This document shows positions 1 through 7,590 of a DNA stretch of 32,000 nucleotides, in pieces (within the stretch, counting starts at the first letter, position 1; each line of letters begins with the position of its first letter). Source of the DNA: Candidatus Saccharimonadota bacterium. GTDB lineage: Bacteria; Patescibacteriota; Patescibacteriia; 2-12-FULL-60-25. Made by a program: the position numbers and the translations under genes. Where the stretch lies: contig OY970357.1 in the NCBI GenBank assembly GCA_963718585.1, positions 450,001-482,000 of the forward strand, given 5' to 3'. Below the pieces are notes generated by a model that saw only the letters and a list, made by a program, of their open reading frames with translations, did no database searches and was not told the origin of the DNA.

Positions 1-23
1 TATTCTTCGCACAAATAAGCCGT

Positions 24-97
24 TCGGGGATCGTCTAATGGTAGGACAGCTGACTCTGAATCAGCCAATCTAGGTTCGAGCCCTAGTCCCCGAGCCA
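24..97 (+). tRNA. tRNA-Gln (anticodon CTG), CCA encoded
   Basis: Hand-folded cloverleaf: acceptor tcgggga 24-30 / tccccga 87-93; D arm 33-47; anticodon stem 49-53/61-65 with 7-nt loop ctCTGaa (anticodon 56-58). 4-nt variable loop; T arm ctagg-ttcgagc-cctag 70-86; discriminator g94; cca 95-97. Confidence 0.9.
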
Positions 98-100
98 AGG

Positions 101-133
101 AAAACACACCGTCGCAAAATGGTGTGTTTTTTT
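101..133 (+). terminator. Rho-independent terminator after tRNA-Gln
   Basis: 10-bp stem aaaacacacc (101-110) / ggtgtgtttt (121-130) followed by ttt. The A-run/T-run flanks make it potentially bidirectional. Confidence 0.6.
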
Positions 134-239
134 ACGGGACGGGGGCTCGAACAGGGAAAGGGTGAAAACGGAAGTGTTCACATGGTGAGGAGGGTCTGCG
201 GGAACCCGAAGGTTCCCGCAAACGCGAAGCGTGAGAGAT
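134..239. other. tRNA-linked conserved two-hairpin module, copy 1 (function and strand unknown)
   Basis: Aligns with 28893-29003. Shared blocks: gg[c/a]tcgaac, gggaa(a)gggtgaaa, ttcac, tgaggagggtct, cgggaacccgaaggttcccg. Hairpin H1 162-181 (gtgaaaac-ggaa-gtgttcac) and hairpin H2 198-219 (gcgggaacc-cgaa-ggttcccgc). No ORF is conserved between the copies. Confidence 0.6.
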
Positions 240-293
240 GCCCTAGTCCCCGAGCCAAGGAAAACACACCGTCGCAAAATGGTGTGTTTTTTA
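240..293 (+). repeat. Direct repeat of tRNA-Gln tail (T-loop end to CCA) plus its terminator; non-functional tRNA fragment
   Basis: 240-292 is identical by eye to 80-132 (53/53). It lacks the 5' two-thirds of the tRNA. Confidence 0.9.
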
Positions 294-294
294 T

Positions 295-323
295 AAAAAA
301 AGACCGCGGTCGGAGCCGCGGTC
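295..323 (-). terminator. Rho-independent terminator of the small lipoprotein gene
   Basis: 8-bp stem gaccgcgg 302-309 / ccgcggtc 316-323, overlapping the TGA stop (322-324). On the minus strand it is followed by a run of 7 T (295-301). Confidence 0.7.
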
Positions 324-648
324 ATGGAGACATTGTATGGACGGGTGCTGACTCTGTCCCTCCGTCGCTGACCTGGTCCGCGCCTCCATCGGATGCGGAT
401 CGGACGTTGATGTTCGTCGCACCGATCGCGTCGAGGACCTTCTGCGCTGAATCATTGGATCGATCGATCTGATCGACCGAATCGTGAACAGAGCGTTGTG
501 CATACCCCATCCGTGGATCGTCTTGAAGGTACAGGGTCAACGGTGGCGGGATGTTCCGATAGATCATCCGCCGTTGGACGGGTCGCGCCGGCCGTTCGTG
601 CGTGCACGAAAGGGCGATGAACGCCGAAATGAACAAACAAAAACGCAT
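322..648 (-). CDS. Small putative lipoprotein (108 aa)
   Basis: Internal ATG at 648 of the 322..696 ORF is preceded by a near-perfect SD (minus strand aaggaggtgag-ATG). N-terminus MRFCLFISAFIALSC looks like a signal peptide plus lipobox-like ALSC. Confidence 0.6.
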   Translation of the reverse strand: MRFCLFISAFIALSCTHERPARPVQRRMIYRNIPPPLTLYLQDDPRMGYAQRSVHDSVDQIDRSNDSAQKVLDAIGATNINVRSASDGGADQVSDGGTESAPVHTMSP

Positions 649-692
649 CTCACCTCCTTCGAAGTCCACATTAGGAAACGGCCGGGAGCCTG

Positions 693-2270
693 TCAAACCG
701 CTGCCGCACCCCCCTCTTCAACGACCTGACCACCGAACGTATCGATGATGGAAGAGAGGTTGGTCTTCGCGACCTTCGTCTCTTCCGTGGTGATCACTCC
801 TTCAAGATGCACATCCTGAACACCCATCGCTTCATTGAACGCCGCTTCGACCGTACGTCTGGTCTTCGCGTCGTTAAGGGTCTTTTCTCGATGGAATGGA
901 TATTGGAAAGCGATCTTCACCAGATCCCCATCGATCTCAAGCGGACGACAGATCTTAAGGACAAAGGTCAGGCTCGGACTACGTTGTTCGATCAGCTTCA
1001 AAAAAGATGGCCACTTCGCACGAACCATATCCAACGTCAACGCGCTTTTTGAAGTGGAATGTGTCGTTGGTTTAGATGATCCTGTTGGTTTGGATGGAGT
1101 GACTTCAGATGGTTTTGACTCGATCGTAGGCGCGCTATTCCTTGGCATCGTCGGCTGTTGTGAGGTGTTCTGCGACGTTGCGTGTGGAAGAATACCCAAA
1201 CTGACAGAGGCGGTCGCCAGCTCAAGACAGAAACGAGGGTCAGCACCCTGTTTGGCGTCGCGACGACGCTCCATGAGCATCAAGGCCATATCTGAAAGCT
1301 CTGCGGCATCAAACGCCCCGACGAGTCCCGCAAGCGCCTGCGCGCCTTCGTCTCCGTTTTTCAAACGACCCACGGAACCAGCGTCATCAGCGGCAAGGAG
1401 TAGCGTTCTGACTGCTTCGAGAAGATCATCAAAAAGCGGAACGATCGGGATCCCTTGGGATTCGAGCGTTTCGATCTGTTCAAGTGACGTTCCGAGTTTT
1501 CTGGTGGACCAATGTCTTAGGAGGTCCGCCGCGAGGGGAAGTCGGGAGACGGGCAAGACCAAGCTCGCAACATCCGGAGTGATCTTCTTTTCCCCGAGAG
1601 AGATCAGTTGATCGAGAAAAGATTCCGCGTCACGGACGCATCCGTCTGATTTCGCCGCGATCGTATGGATGACCGCATCGTCGATCTTCACCTTTTCTGC
1701 GTCCGCGATCTTCCGGATCCGCGTTTCAAGGTCTTTGACCTCGATCCGTTTGAAATCGAATCGTTGACATCGGCTCTGGATCGTCGCCGGTACCTTGTGG
1801 AGTTCCGTGGTGATAAAAATGAACTTGGCGTACGGCGGGGGTTCTTCGATCGTCTTCAGGAGGGCATTCCACGCCGCGATGGAGAGCATATGTGCCTCGT
1901 CCAGGGCGTAGACCTTGTATGTGCGGTGCGACGGGGCGAATCGGACGTGTTCGATGATCGCTTCACGGATGTTATCGACACCCGTATTCGACGCAGCATC
2001 CATCTCAATGAAATCGATCGCGCGATTTGCGTTGAATTCTGTACATGAGGCGCATGCATTGCACGGTTCGCCATCTTTCAGATCAAGACAATTCAGGGCT
2101 TTTGCGAAGATCCGCGCTGCGGTCGTCTTTCCGACGCCACGCGGTCCGGCAAAGAGGTAGGCGTTCCCGAGTTTCCCCGTACTGACCTCTGCCCGAAGGG
2201 TCTCGGTGATCGGTGTCTGATCCGTGATCTCGGAGAAGGTTTGGGGACGATATGTGCGGCTGAGAGACAT
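693..2270 (-). CDS. dnaX: DNA polymerase III subunit gamma/tau
   Basis: AAA+ clamp-loader signatures: Walker A GPRGVGKTT; Zn module C-x-C...CNACASC; Walker B LDEAHML; SRC motif QSRCQRF. S/T/P-rich linker and a C-terminal domain. Confidence 0.92.
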   Translation of the reverse strand: MSLSRTYRPQTFSEITDQTPITETLRAEVSTGKLGNAYLFAGPRGVGKTTAARIFAKALNCLDLKDGEPCNACASCTEFNANRAIDFIEMDAASNTGVDNIREAIIEHVRFAPSHRTYKVYALDEAHMLSIAAWNALLKTIEEPPPYAKFIFITTELHKVPATIQSRCQRFDFKRIEVKDLETRIRKIADAEKVKIDDAVIHTIAAKSDGCVRDAESFLDQLISLGEKKITPDVASLVLPVSRLPLAADLLRHWSTRKLGTSLEQIETLESQGIPIVPLFDDLLEAVRTLLLAADDAGSVGRLKNGDEGAQALAGLVGAFDAAELSDMALMLMERRRDAKQGADPRFCLELATASVSLGILPHATSQNTSQQPTMPRNSAPTIESKPSEVTPSKPTGSSKPTTHSTSKSALTLDMVRAKWPSFLKLIEQRSPSLTFVLKICRPLEIDGDLVKIAFQYPFHREKTLNDAKTRRTVEAAFNEAMGVQDVHLEGVITTEETKVAKTNLSSIIDTFGGQVVEEGGAAAV

Positions 2271-2293
2271 AAAAAAATACGCTGGTGAGCGTA
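2271..2293 (-). terminator. Hairpin plus T-run between the 214-aa gene and dnaX
   Basis: Minus strand tacgct-cacc-agcgta followed by ttttttt, which abuts the dnaX ATG (2270). The short 6-bp stem may act as an attenuator rather than a full stop. Confidence 0.4.
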
Positions 2294-2332
2294 GCTTAGA
2301 CCATCAGACCCTTAGCGTCTATCACGCATTGG

Positions 2333-2977
2333 TCAGCCTTCGTTTTTGATGATATTTTCGACCGCAGCCCACTTGGAAGGGGCTGCTTTTGGGATCAATA
2401 AGACCGCTTCGTCTGCGACGTTTCCACGATGAAAGGTCACGGCCGCGGTCAGGACACAGTATTTCTTTCCGCCGGCGATGACACGCCATTCGTTGGTCAT
2501 CTCATCCCGCGTGAGCGTTCCCACGACACGCTGTCGCTCGATCGGTCCGATCTGTTTGTAGAGGAATGTTCCATTCGGCTGGATCGTCAACTTCAAGATA
2601 TCTCCTTCGACCAGCTTCGATTTAGACGCATAATTCGGCGGAACGACATACTGTCTCCCATCTGAACCGATCATGTTCTGTCCATCGAAGACCCCTTCGA
2701 GGATCTTTCCTTCTCCGGCCGGGCCGAGCATCTGTCCCTCATCTGTCTGATGGCGCTTCATCAACGCTTCCAGATCTGCGGGCTCTGCCTCACTCGTCAA
2801 AAGTCGTTCAAGATTTGCGATCTCCTCTTTCAATCGATCCAAGATCTTTTTTGCCAAAATGAATTTCGTTTCGGTGGCGGTCACCGAAGCGGTCAATTCA
2901 CTGGCGTTGGTTCCCTCGCTTGGCTCCAACGCATCCTTTTCTTCCTTCTGTTTTGGCATTGGTTTGGTTTTATCCAC
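2333..2977 (-). CDS. Hypothetical protein: N-terminal coiled-coil, C-terminal beta-rich domain
   Basis: 214-aa ORF with GTG start at 2977; alternative ATG at 2959 (MPKQKEEKD). No family recognised from the sequence. Confidence 0.6.
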   Translation of the reverse strand: MDKTKPMPKQKEEKDALEPSEGTNASELTASVTATETKFILAKKILDRLKEEIANLERLLTSEAEPADLEALMKRHQTDEGQMLGPAGEGKILEGVFDGQNMIGSDGRQYVVPPNYASKSKLVEGDILKLTIQPNGTFLYKQIGPIERQRVVGTLTRDEMTNEWRVIAGGKKYCVLTAAVTFHRGNVADEAVLLIPKAAPSKWAAVENIIKNEG

Positions 2978-2982
2978 AATGG

Positions 2983-2991
2983 ACTATACCA
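2983..2991 (-). promoter_or_regulatory. Extended -10 element TGGTATAGT
   Basis: Minus strand tggtatagt lies 5 nt upstream of GTG 2977 and 23 nt upstream of ATG 2959, in the 32-nt gap after the upstream stop codon. Confidence 0.4.
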
Positions 2992-3009
2992 CACCCATCA
3001 AAAAACCAC

Positions 3010-5586
3010 CTAGAGGTCAAATCCCCCTGCTTCATCCCCGGCCTCGATCGCCGTGCGTTTTTCCGCAAGTTCTGCCTCGATCAATTGCCTCTTCCGACCG
3101 TATTTATAGCGTGAAAGTTCATGGATCATCTGAGCCAATTCCTTGTTTTCAGGTCTCTGAGGCATGATCGGTTTGAAATTGAACGGACGGGAGCCGGTAT
3201 TCTCTATGAGCAGTTTGATGTTCGCTGTATACGCCTCGACGTTCACCAGATCGTTGACATTGAAGACAGGGGCGAATTCTTTTTCAAGGAATTCCGCGTC
3301 TTCGACGCCTATCCGGAATGAGACCATGGTCCCGACATTACCGAAGATCGAATCCCGGATCTTCGTGTCCCCGCCCGGTCCGGTCAGCTGACCGATGAAC
3401 TGATGCGCGATGATCAAGTTCAATCCATATTTTCGCGCCTCAGAAAGGATCGCGTTGATCGAATCGGTCAAAAAGTTTTGGAACTCATCAACGTACAGGT
3501 AGAAGTCCTTTCGTTCTTCCGGTGGAAGCTCCGCGCGTCGCAATGCGCCATCCAGAAGCTTTCCGATGATGATCATGCCGAGAAGGTACGCATTCATGTC
3601 CCCGACCTTCCCCTTGGACAACTTCACCAAAACGATCTTTTGTTCGTTCATGGCCGTATACAGATCGAATGCGCTCTTTTGCTGACCGATGATCGGCCGC
3701 ATGTAGTCATTGTAGATGAATGATGCGAGCTTGGACGTGATATACGGCACCATGTTGGCCAACGACGACTCCCCTCCTGCCTTGAGCGCCTCCTTGGTCC
3801 AGAAGTCGCGGACTTCCTGTGACTTGCATTTGGACAGCTTATAGTTGCGGTAATCGTCATCGGCGAGCACGCGCGGGATGTCCATGAGCGTATTCCCGGA
3901 TTCCGTATCATCCATGTTCAACAAGATCGCATTCCGCATGTACGTCTCGAACATCGGACCGCCGGTGGATTTCAGGTCATACAATTTATCGAAGATCTTC
4001 AACATCTCATTGATGACGAAGGTGCGCGTTTGCGGACGCTCCTCATCGTATTCAAGCATGTTCAATCCAAGGGGACGTTCCGTGTCCGCCGGATCGAAAT
4101 AGATCACATCATCCGCTCGTTCCTTCGGTACATATTCCAGGCATTCGTCCACAAGATCTCCGTGCGGATCGATCACGCACACCCCGCGCCCGGCTTCGAT
4201 GTCCTGTTTGATCATGGACGCTTGAAAGACGGATTTTCCAGAACCGGACTTTCCGATCACGTACATGTGCCTTCGGCGATCCTGCGCTTTGATACGGACC
4301 TCGTATTTGTGACCTCGGTATTCGGAAAGTCCCAGAAGCAACCCCTCTGTCGGCAGATTGGAAGGAGGAAGTGCCTTGCGTGAAAGAAGCCAGTTGATCT
4401 TCGGCGTCTCGGTCGTGGGCAGTGGAAAATGATACAACGACGCAAGCTCTTCACTGTTCAATGTCAGTTTTTCCCGTTCATCAAAGTGGCGGTAAATAAA
4501 ATGCCGGATCATCTGCGTCTGGAACGACGGCGTATGCTTGATGAACGAGTTCCCGTATTCGTAGATATTGTATTGGCCGTATGCGCTCAAAATATCGTTC
4601 AGATATCGTTTAGCTTTTTCCGGATTGTTCGATGACGCGATGATGCGGATGTTCACATCTAACCCTGCTTTAGACGCCTTCTCTTCCAGTCCTTTGATCA
4701 TCTCCTCTTCAAGTGGCGATAGGCGATAGGCTTCACTCTCTTTCTTTGTCCCCGGTTTTGCTGCCGATGCCATGCTCGAAAGTTCTTTTCCAACAGATTT
4801 CAGAAGCTTTCCCCCACCCTGCACCTGTGAAAGTTTCTTTCCCTGCTGCATTTCCCGTGCGATCCGCGTGCCTTCGCTTCGCCAGCCTGAACGGGCGCTC
4901 CGTACGACGTATTGCACTGCGACTCCATCCAGATCATCGACTTTTGAAAGGGCATTCGTGATCGAATTCAACGGATCTGATTCCAATTTCTCGTATGTCT
5001 TGATCGGGAAGGCACTTGAACGACGCAGTTTGAGATAACTGCCCATGACCACGCCGGTCGCGGCGAACATGTTGTAATCCGCGATCTCCTCAACATCCGC
5101 ATGAGGGAATTGTGCATGGATCTGCTCTTCTACGAATTGCCGGTATCGATCCGGAATGACGACATAGAAAGATATCTTCGCGTGATGTGAAACGATCTCG
5201 AATGAGAAGTTGTCTTCGCGGCCTTTCAGCCACGTCATAAAGCCTTTTTGTGCCTTCAATGATCCAAGCGTCGAGAAGATCGTTTCCATCACGGAAATGA
5301 GTTCCTGTATCTGTTGTGTGGATTTTGAGCCTTCGGAATCTTCTTTTCGGACCTCTTTCGGCACGCGAACGGACAAAACCTTCATGCCAAAGGCGAGCGA
5401 GGCGCGTCCCCGTCTGATGTACAATCCTCGGATCAGATACAGGATCACGGTCACGCCGATCCCGATCCCGATAAGTGTCAAAACGAGCAGGACGATGGGG
5501 TCGGAAATGAACGCACCGAAATCAAAGATCTGTCCCGCGGAGCCACCGGAGGTCAGATCGAGTTGAAAGACGAAAAACGGCATCAT
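3010..5586 (-). CDS. Membrane-anchored VirD4/TraD/TraG-like (type IV coupling protein-like) P-loop ATPase
   Basis: N-terminal TM helix (PIVLLVLTLIGIGIGVTVILYLI). Walker A GKSGSGKS, Walker B LYVDEFQNF, downstream IIAHQFIGQL. Overall architecture typical of TraD/TrwB-type coupling ATPases. ATGA overlap with the upstream gene. Confidence 0.75.
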   Translation of the reverse strand: MMPFFVFQLDLTSGGSAGQIFDFGAFISDPIVLLVLTLIGIGIGVTVILYLIRGLYIRRGRASLAFGMKVLSVRVPKEVRKEDSEGSKSTQQIQELISVMETIFSTLGSLKAQKGFMTWLKGREDNFSFEIVSHHAKISFYVVIPDRYRQFVEEQIHAQFPHADVEEIADYNMFAATGVVMGSYLKLRRSSAFPIKTYEKLESDPLNSITNALSKVDDLDGVAVQYVVRSARSGWRSEGTRIAREMQQGKKLSQVQGGGKLLKSVGKELSSMASAAKPGTKKESEAYRLSPLEEEMIKGLEEKASKAGLDVNIRIIASSNNPEKAKRYLNDILSAYGQYNIYEYGNSFIKHTPSFQTQMIRHFIYRHFDEREKLTLNSEELASLYHFPLPTTETPKINWLLSRKALPPSNLPTEGLLLGLSEYRGHKYEVRIKAQDRRRHMYVIGKSGSGKSVFQASMIKQDIEAGRGVCVIDPHGDLVDECLEYVPKERADDVIYFDPADTERPLGLNMLEYDEERPQTRTFVINEMLKIFDKLYDLKSTGGPMFETYMRNAILLNMDDTESGNTLMDIPRVLADDDYRNYKLSKCKSQEVRDFWTKEALKAGGESSLANMVPYITSKLASFIYNDYMRPIIGQQKSAFDLYTAMNEQKIVLVKLSKGKVGDMNAYLLGMIIIGKLLDGALRRAELPPEERKDFYLYVDEFQNFLTDSINAILSEARKYGLNLIIAHQFIGQLTGPGGDTKIRDSIFGNVGTMVSFRIGVEDAEFLEKEFAPVFNVNDLVNVEAYTANIKLLIENTGSRPFNFKPIMPQRPENKELAQMIHELSRYKYGRKRQLIEAELAEKRTAIEAGDEAGGFDL

Positions 5587-6104
5587 GGTTGGTTCATTGC
5601 TTGTTCTTTGCGTTCATCGACCAGCGCTTCAAGGAGATCGATCTTCAACTTAGCCTGCTGTTCCAAAAAGAATCGATTGACGCCAGGGATCGTCAAAAGC
5701 CAGTCACGAACGAGGCGGAGTGCGCGGCTGAATTTCAACTTGAACGAACGGACCATTCCAGAGATCTCGGTCGCTGCTTCTTCTCCCTTTTTTCTGAATT
5801 TCTCCTTTGCTTCCGGTGGAAGTTGCGCATAGAACTCACCAAGGTCCTTTTCGAGGATCTTTTCGACCTCGAGCGTCACTTCATCCTTTTGGACGATCGG
5901 CGTCGCCGGTGCGGATGTCGGAACCCCTTCGATCTCTTTGGTCAATTCAACCTCGGTCGTCTTCCCCTCCTCTTCTAAGAACGTATCTTTCCGTTCCGGA
6001 AGGTTCTCGTAGGTCTTTTCATCTGCCTCAACGCTGGACACTTCCTGTGTTGGAAGTGCCTCAAGATTCGGGTTCTCCAGACCCCCTGGTTTGATGCCGG
6101 GCAT
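5583..6104 (-). CDS. Hypothetical acidic protein, translationally coupled to the T4CP-like ATPase
   Basis: 173-aa ORF with E/K-rich N-terminal half. Its stop overlaps the downstream ATG (ATGA). Confidence 0.6.
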   Translation of the reverse strand: MPGIKPGGLENPNLEALPTQEVSSVEADEKTYENLPERKDTFLEEEGKTTEVELTKEIEGVPTSAPATPIVQKDEVTLEVEKILEKDLGEFYAQLPPEAKEKFRKKGEEAATEISGMVRSFKLKFSRALRLVRDWLLTIPGVNRFFLEQQAKLKIDLLEALVDERKEQAMNQP

Positions 6105-6113
6105 GCTGTGACC

Positions 6114-6122
6114 ATTGTATCA
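6114..6122 (-). promoter_or_regulatory. Extended -10 element TGATACAAT
   Basis: Minus strand tgatacaat lies 9 nt upstream of ATG 6104. No SD in between, which suggests a leaderless or near-leaderless mRNA. Confidence 0.45.
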
Positions 6123-6145
6123 CACGCGTCCGGCTGAAGGCTTTC

Positions 6146-7528
6146 TTACCCGCGAGGAACAAGCTTGGATCCGTTCGATGTGTCTTCGACCAACCACCCA
6201 TGCTTCGCGATCTCGTCTCTTAATCGGTCTGATTCCGCCCAATTCTTTTCTGTTCGAGCTTGCTCACGCGCGTGAGCCAGCGAAGTGACCTCTGCAGGAA
6301 CAGGGATCGGTCGGGCGACGACGTCCGCGAGGGAAAAGCCGAGTATCTGATCCATCCAAAGCAAGGTAGCCGCCTTTGCTGAGGACGGAAGGTCCGCATC
6401 GACCATCTTCCATAGCACTGCCAACGCTTTTGGCGTGTTCAGATCGTCTTCAATTGCTACTTTAAAGGCAGATTCAAACTCGACATCGCCTTCAGATGGC
6501 TTTTCGCAGGTTCGCGCAAACGCCCACAGCTTCCGTAATGCATTCTGCGCGGCCTGGAGTCCCTCCCATGTGAAATTCTCCTTTTGCCGATAATGCGCTC
6601 CGAGGTAGAAGTAGCGAAGCGCTAAAGGATGGAATCCCTTCTCTTCAAGTTCTGTGACGGTATAAGCGTTTCCCAACGATTTCGACATCTTCTGTCCGTC
6701 TGCAAGAAGAAATTCGTTATGAAGCCAATAATTCGCGAGCTTCACGCCATAGGCAGCCTCGCTCTGGGCGATCTCATTCTCATGATGGACGGGAATGTGA
6801 TCTACGCCACCCGTATGGATATCGAATGGCTGGCCGAGATACTTTCGCGACATGGCAGAACATTCCACGTGCCACCCCGGGAATCCGACGCCCCAGGGAC
6901 TCTCCCACTCCATCATCCGTTTTTGGTCTTTTGGTGAGAATTTCCAAAGCGCAAAGTCAGAAGGATTTCGTTTTTCCGTATTGATCTCAACGCGCGCCCC
7001 CTCTTCCTTGTCTTCCAGCTTTTGTCCGCTCAAGGAGCCGTATGAAGGGAATTTGGAGGTATCAAAGTAGATCCCGTCACTGGTTTTATATGTGAAGCCC
7101 TTCTCTTCAAGCGTTTTCACCAGATCGATCTGCTCCTGAATATGGTCCGTGGCTTTGCAAAGATATGGCGCAGGCGGAAGTTCGATATTCAGCTTGTCCG
7201 AATCCGCGATGAATTGATCCGTGTAGATCTTGGCGATATCCCACACGGTCTTCCCCTCTTTTCGCGCAGCGGCGATCATCTTGTCTTCACCCGCATCCGC
7301 ATCGTCCGTGAGATGGCCCACGTCCGTGATATTCATGACCCGCGTGACATTGTAGTTTTCCAACTTCAAGGTTCGGAGGAGGATGTCGTCGAAGACGAAC
7401 GAGCGGAAGTTCCCGATCGTCGCGGTCCAATAGACCGTGGGTCCGCACGTGTACAACCCGACCTTCCCCGGGAGGATGGGTTTGAACTCCGCGAGCGAAC
7501 GGGAGGCGGTATTCCAAAGCTTGAGCAT
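6146..7528 (-). CDS. cysS: Cysteine--tRNA ligase
   Basis: Class I aaRS: CGPTVY...IGN (HIGH-region equivalent), KMSKSLGN. Length 460 aa and overall CysRS-like sequence. Confidence 0.92.
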   Translation of the reverse strand: MLKLWNTASRSLAEFKPILPGKVGLYTCGPTVYWTATIGNFRSFVFDDILLRTLKLENYNVTRVMNITDVGHLTDDADAGEDKMIAAARKEGKTVWDIAKIYTDQFIADSDKLNIELPPAPYLCKATDHIQEQIDLVKTLEEKGFTYKTSDGIYFDTSKFPSYGSLSGQKLEDKEEGARVEINTEKRNPSDFALWKFSPKDQKRMMEWESPWGVGFPGWHVECSAMSRKYLGQPFDIHTGGVDHIPVHHENEIAQSEAAYGVKLANYWLHNEFLLADGQKMSKSLGNAYTVTELEEKGFHPLALRYFYLGAHYRQKENFTWEGLQAAQNALRKLWAFARTCEKPSEGDVEFESAFKVAIEDDLNTPKALAVLWKMVDADLPSSAKAATLLWMDQILGFSLADVVARPIPVPAEVTSLAHAREQARTEKNWAESDRLRDEIAKHGWLVEDTSNGSKLVPRG

Positions 7529-7561
7529 GACGGAAGCTTACAGAAGCCGCGAGGACAAATC

Positions 7562-7587
7562 AAAACCCCGCCACTCGGCGGGGTTTT
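7562..7587. terminator. Bidirectional-type hairpin terminator after the tail-fibre-like gene
   Basis: aaaaccccgcc (7562-7572) - actc - ggcggggtttt (7577-7587): 11-bp stem with A-run/T-run arms, 3 nt from the stop at 7591. Confidence 0.7.
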
Positions 7588-7590
7588 GGA

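Noticed and set aside
134-239. Module as a known RNA: hammerhead ribozyme (tGAgGAg ... stem ... aaac), 5S rRNA (cgaac..aag..gtgaaac..cgt.ag, gggtct) or an RNase P fragment (agggtgaaa)
   Set aside because: The hammerhead core is not satisfied: C3 and the GAAA box are absent or not conserved between copies. The 5S-like words are in the wrong structural context, because GTGAAAC pairs downstream rather than upstream and there is no helix I. The size (~105 nt) is far too small for RNase P. The resemblance is recorded only so that an Rfam scan can settle it.
1-330. Intact prophage, ICE or genomic island integrated at tRNA-Gln or tRNA-Lys
   Set aside because: There is no integrase, excisionase or cargo between the direct repeats (only 106 and 73-111 nt). 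The flanking genes are housekeeping (dnaX, murG).
83-472. ORFs 83..325 (-), 119..472 (+) and, at the other locus, 28794..29039 (-), which share a GNLRVP.DPP-like peptide
   Set aside because: They run through tRNA genes, terminator hairpins and the duplicated tRNA tails. The shared peptide is simply the translation of the conserved hairpin H2. There is no conserved start codon or frame between the two loci.
985-1010. U-run (cca tct ttt ttg aag) in dnaX as a programmed -1 frameshift site giving a gamma-like product (the -1 frame stops after 6 codons)
   Set aside because: It is only a T6 run, with no obvious stimulatory hairpin or upstream SD-like element. It would remove only about 80 C-terminal residues. 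There is no support beyond analogy with E. coli dnaX.
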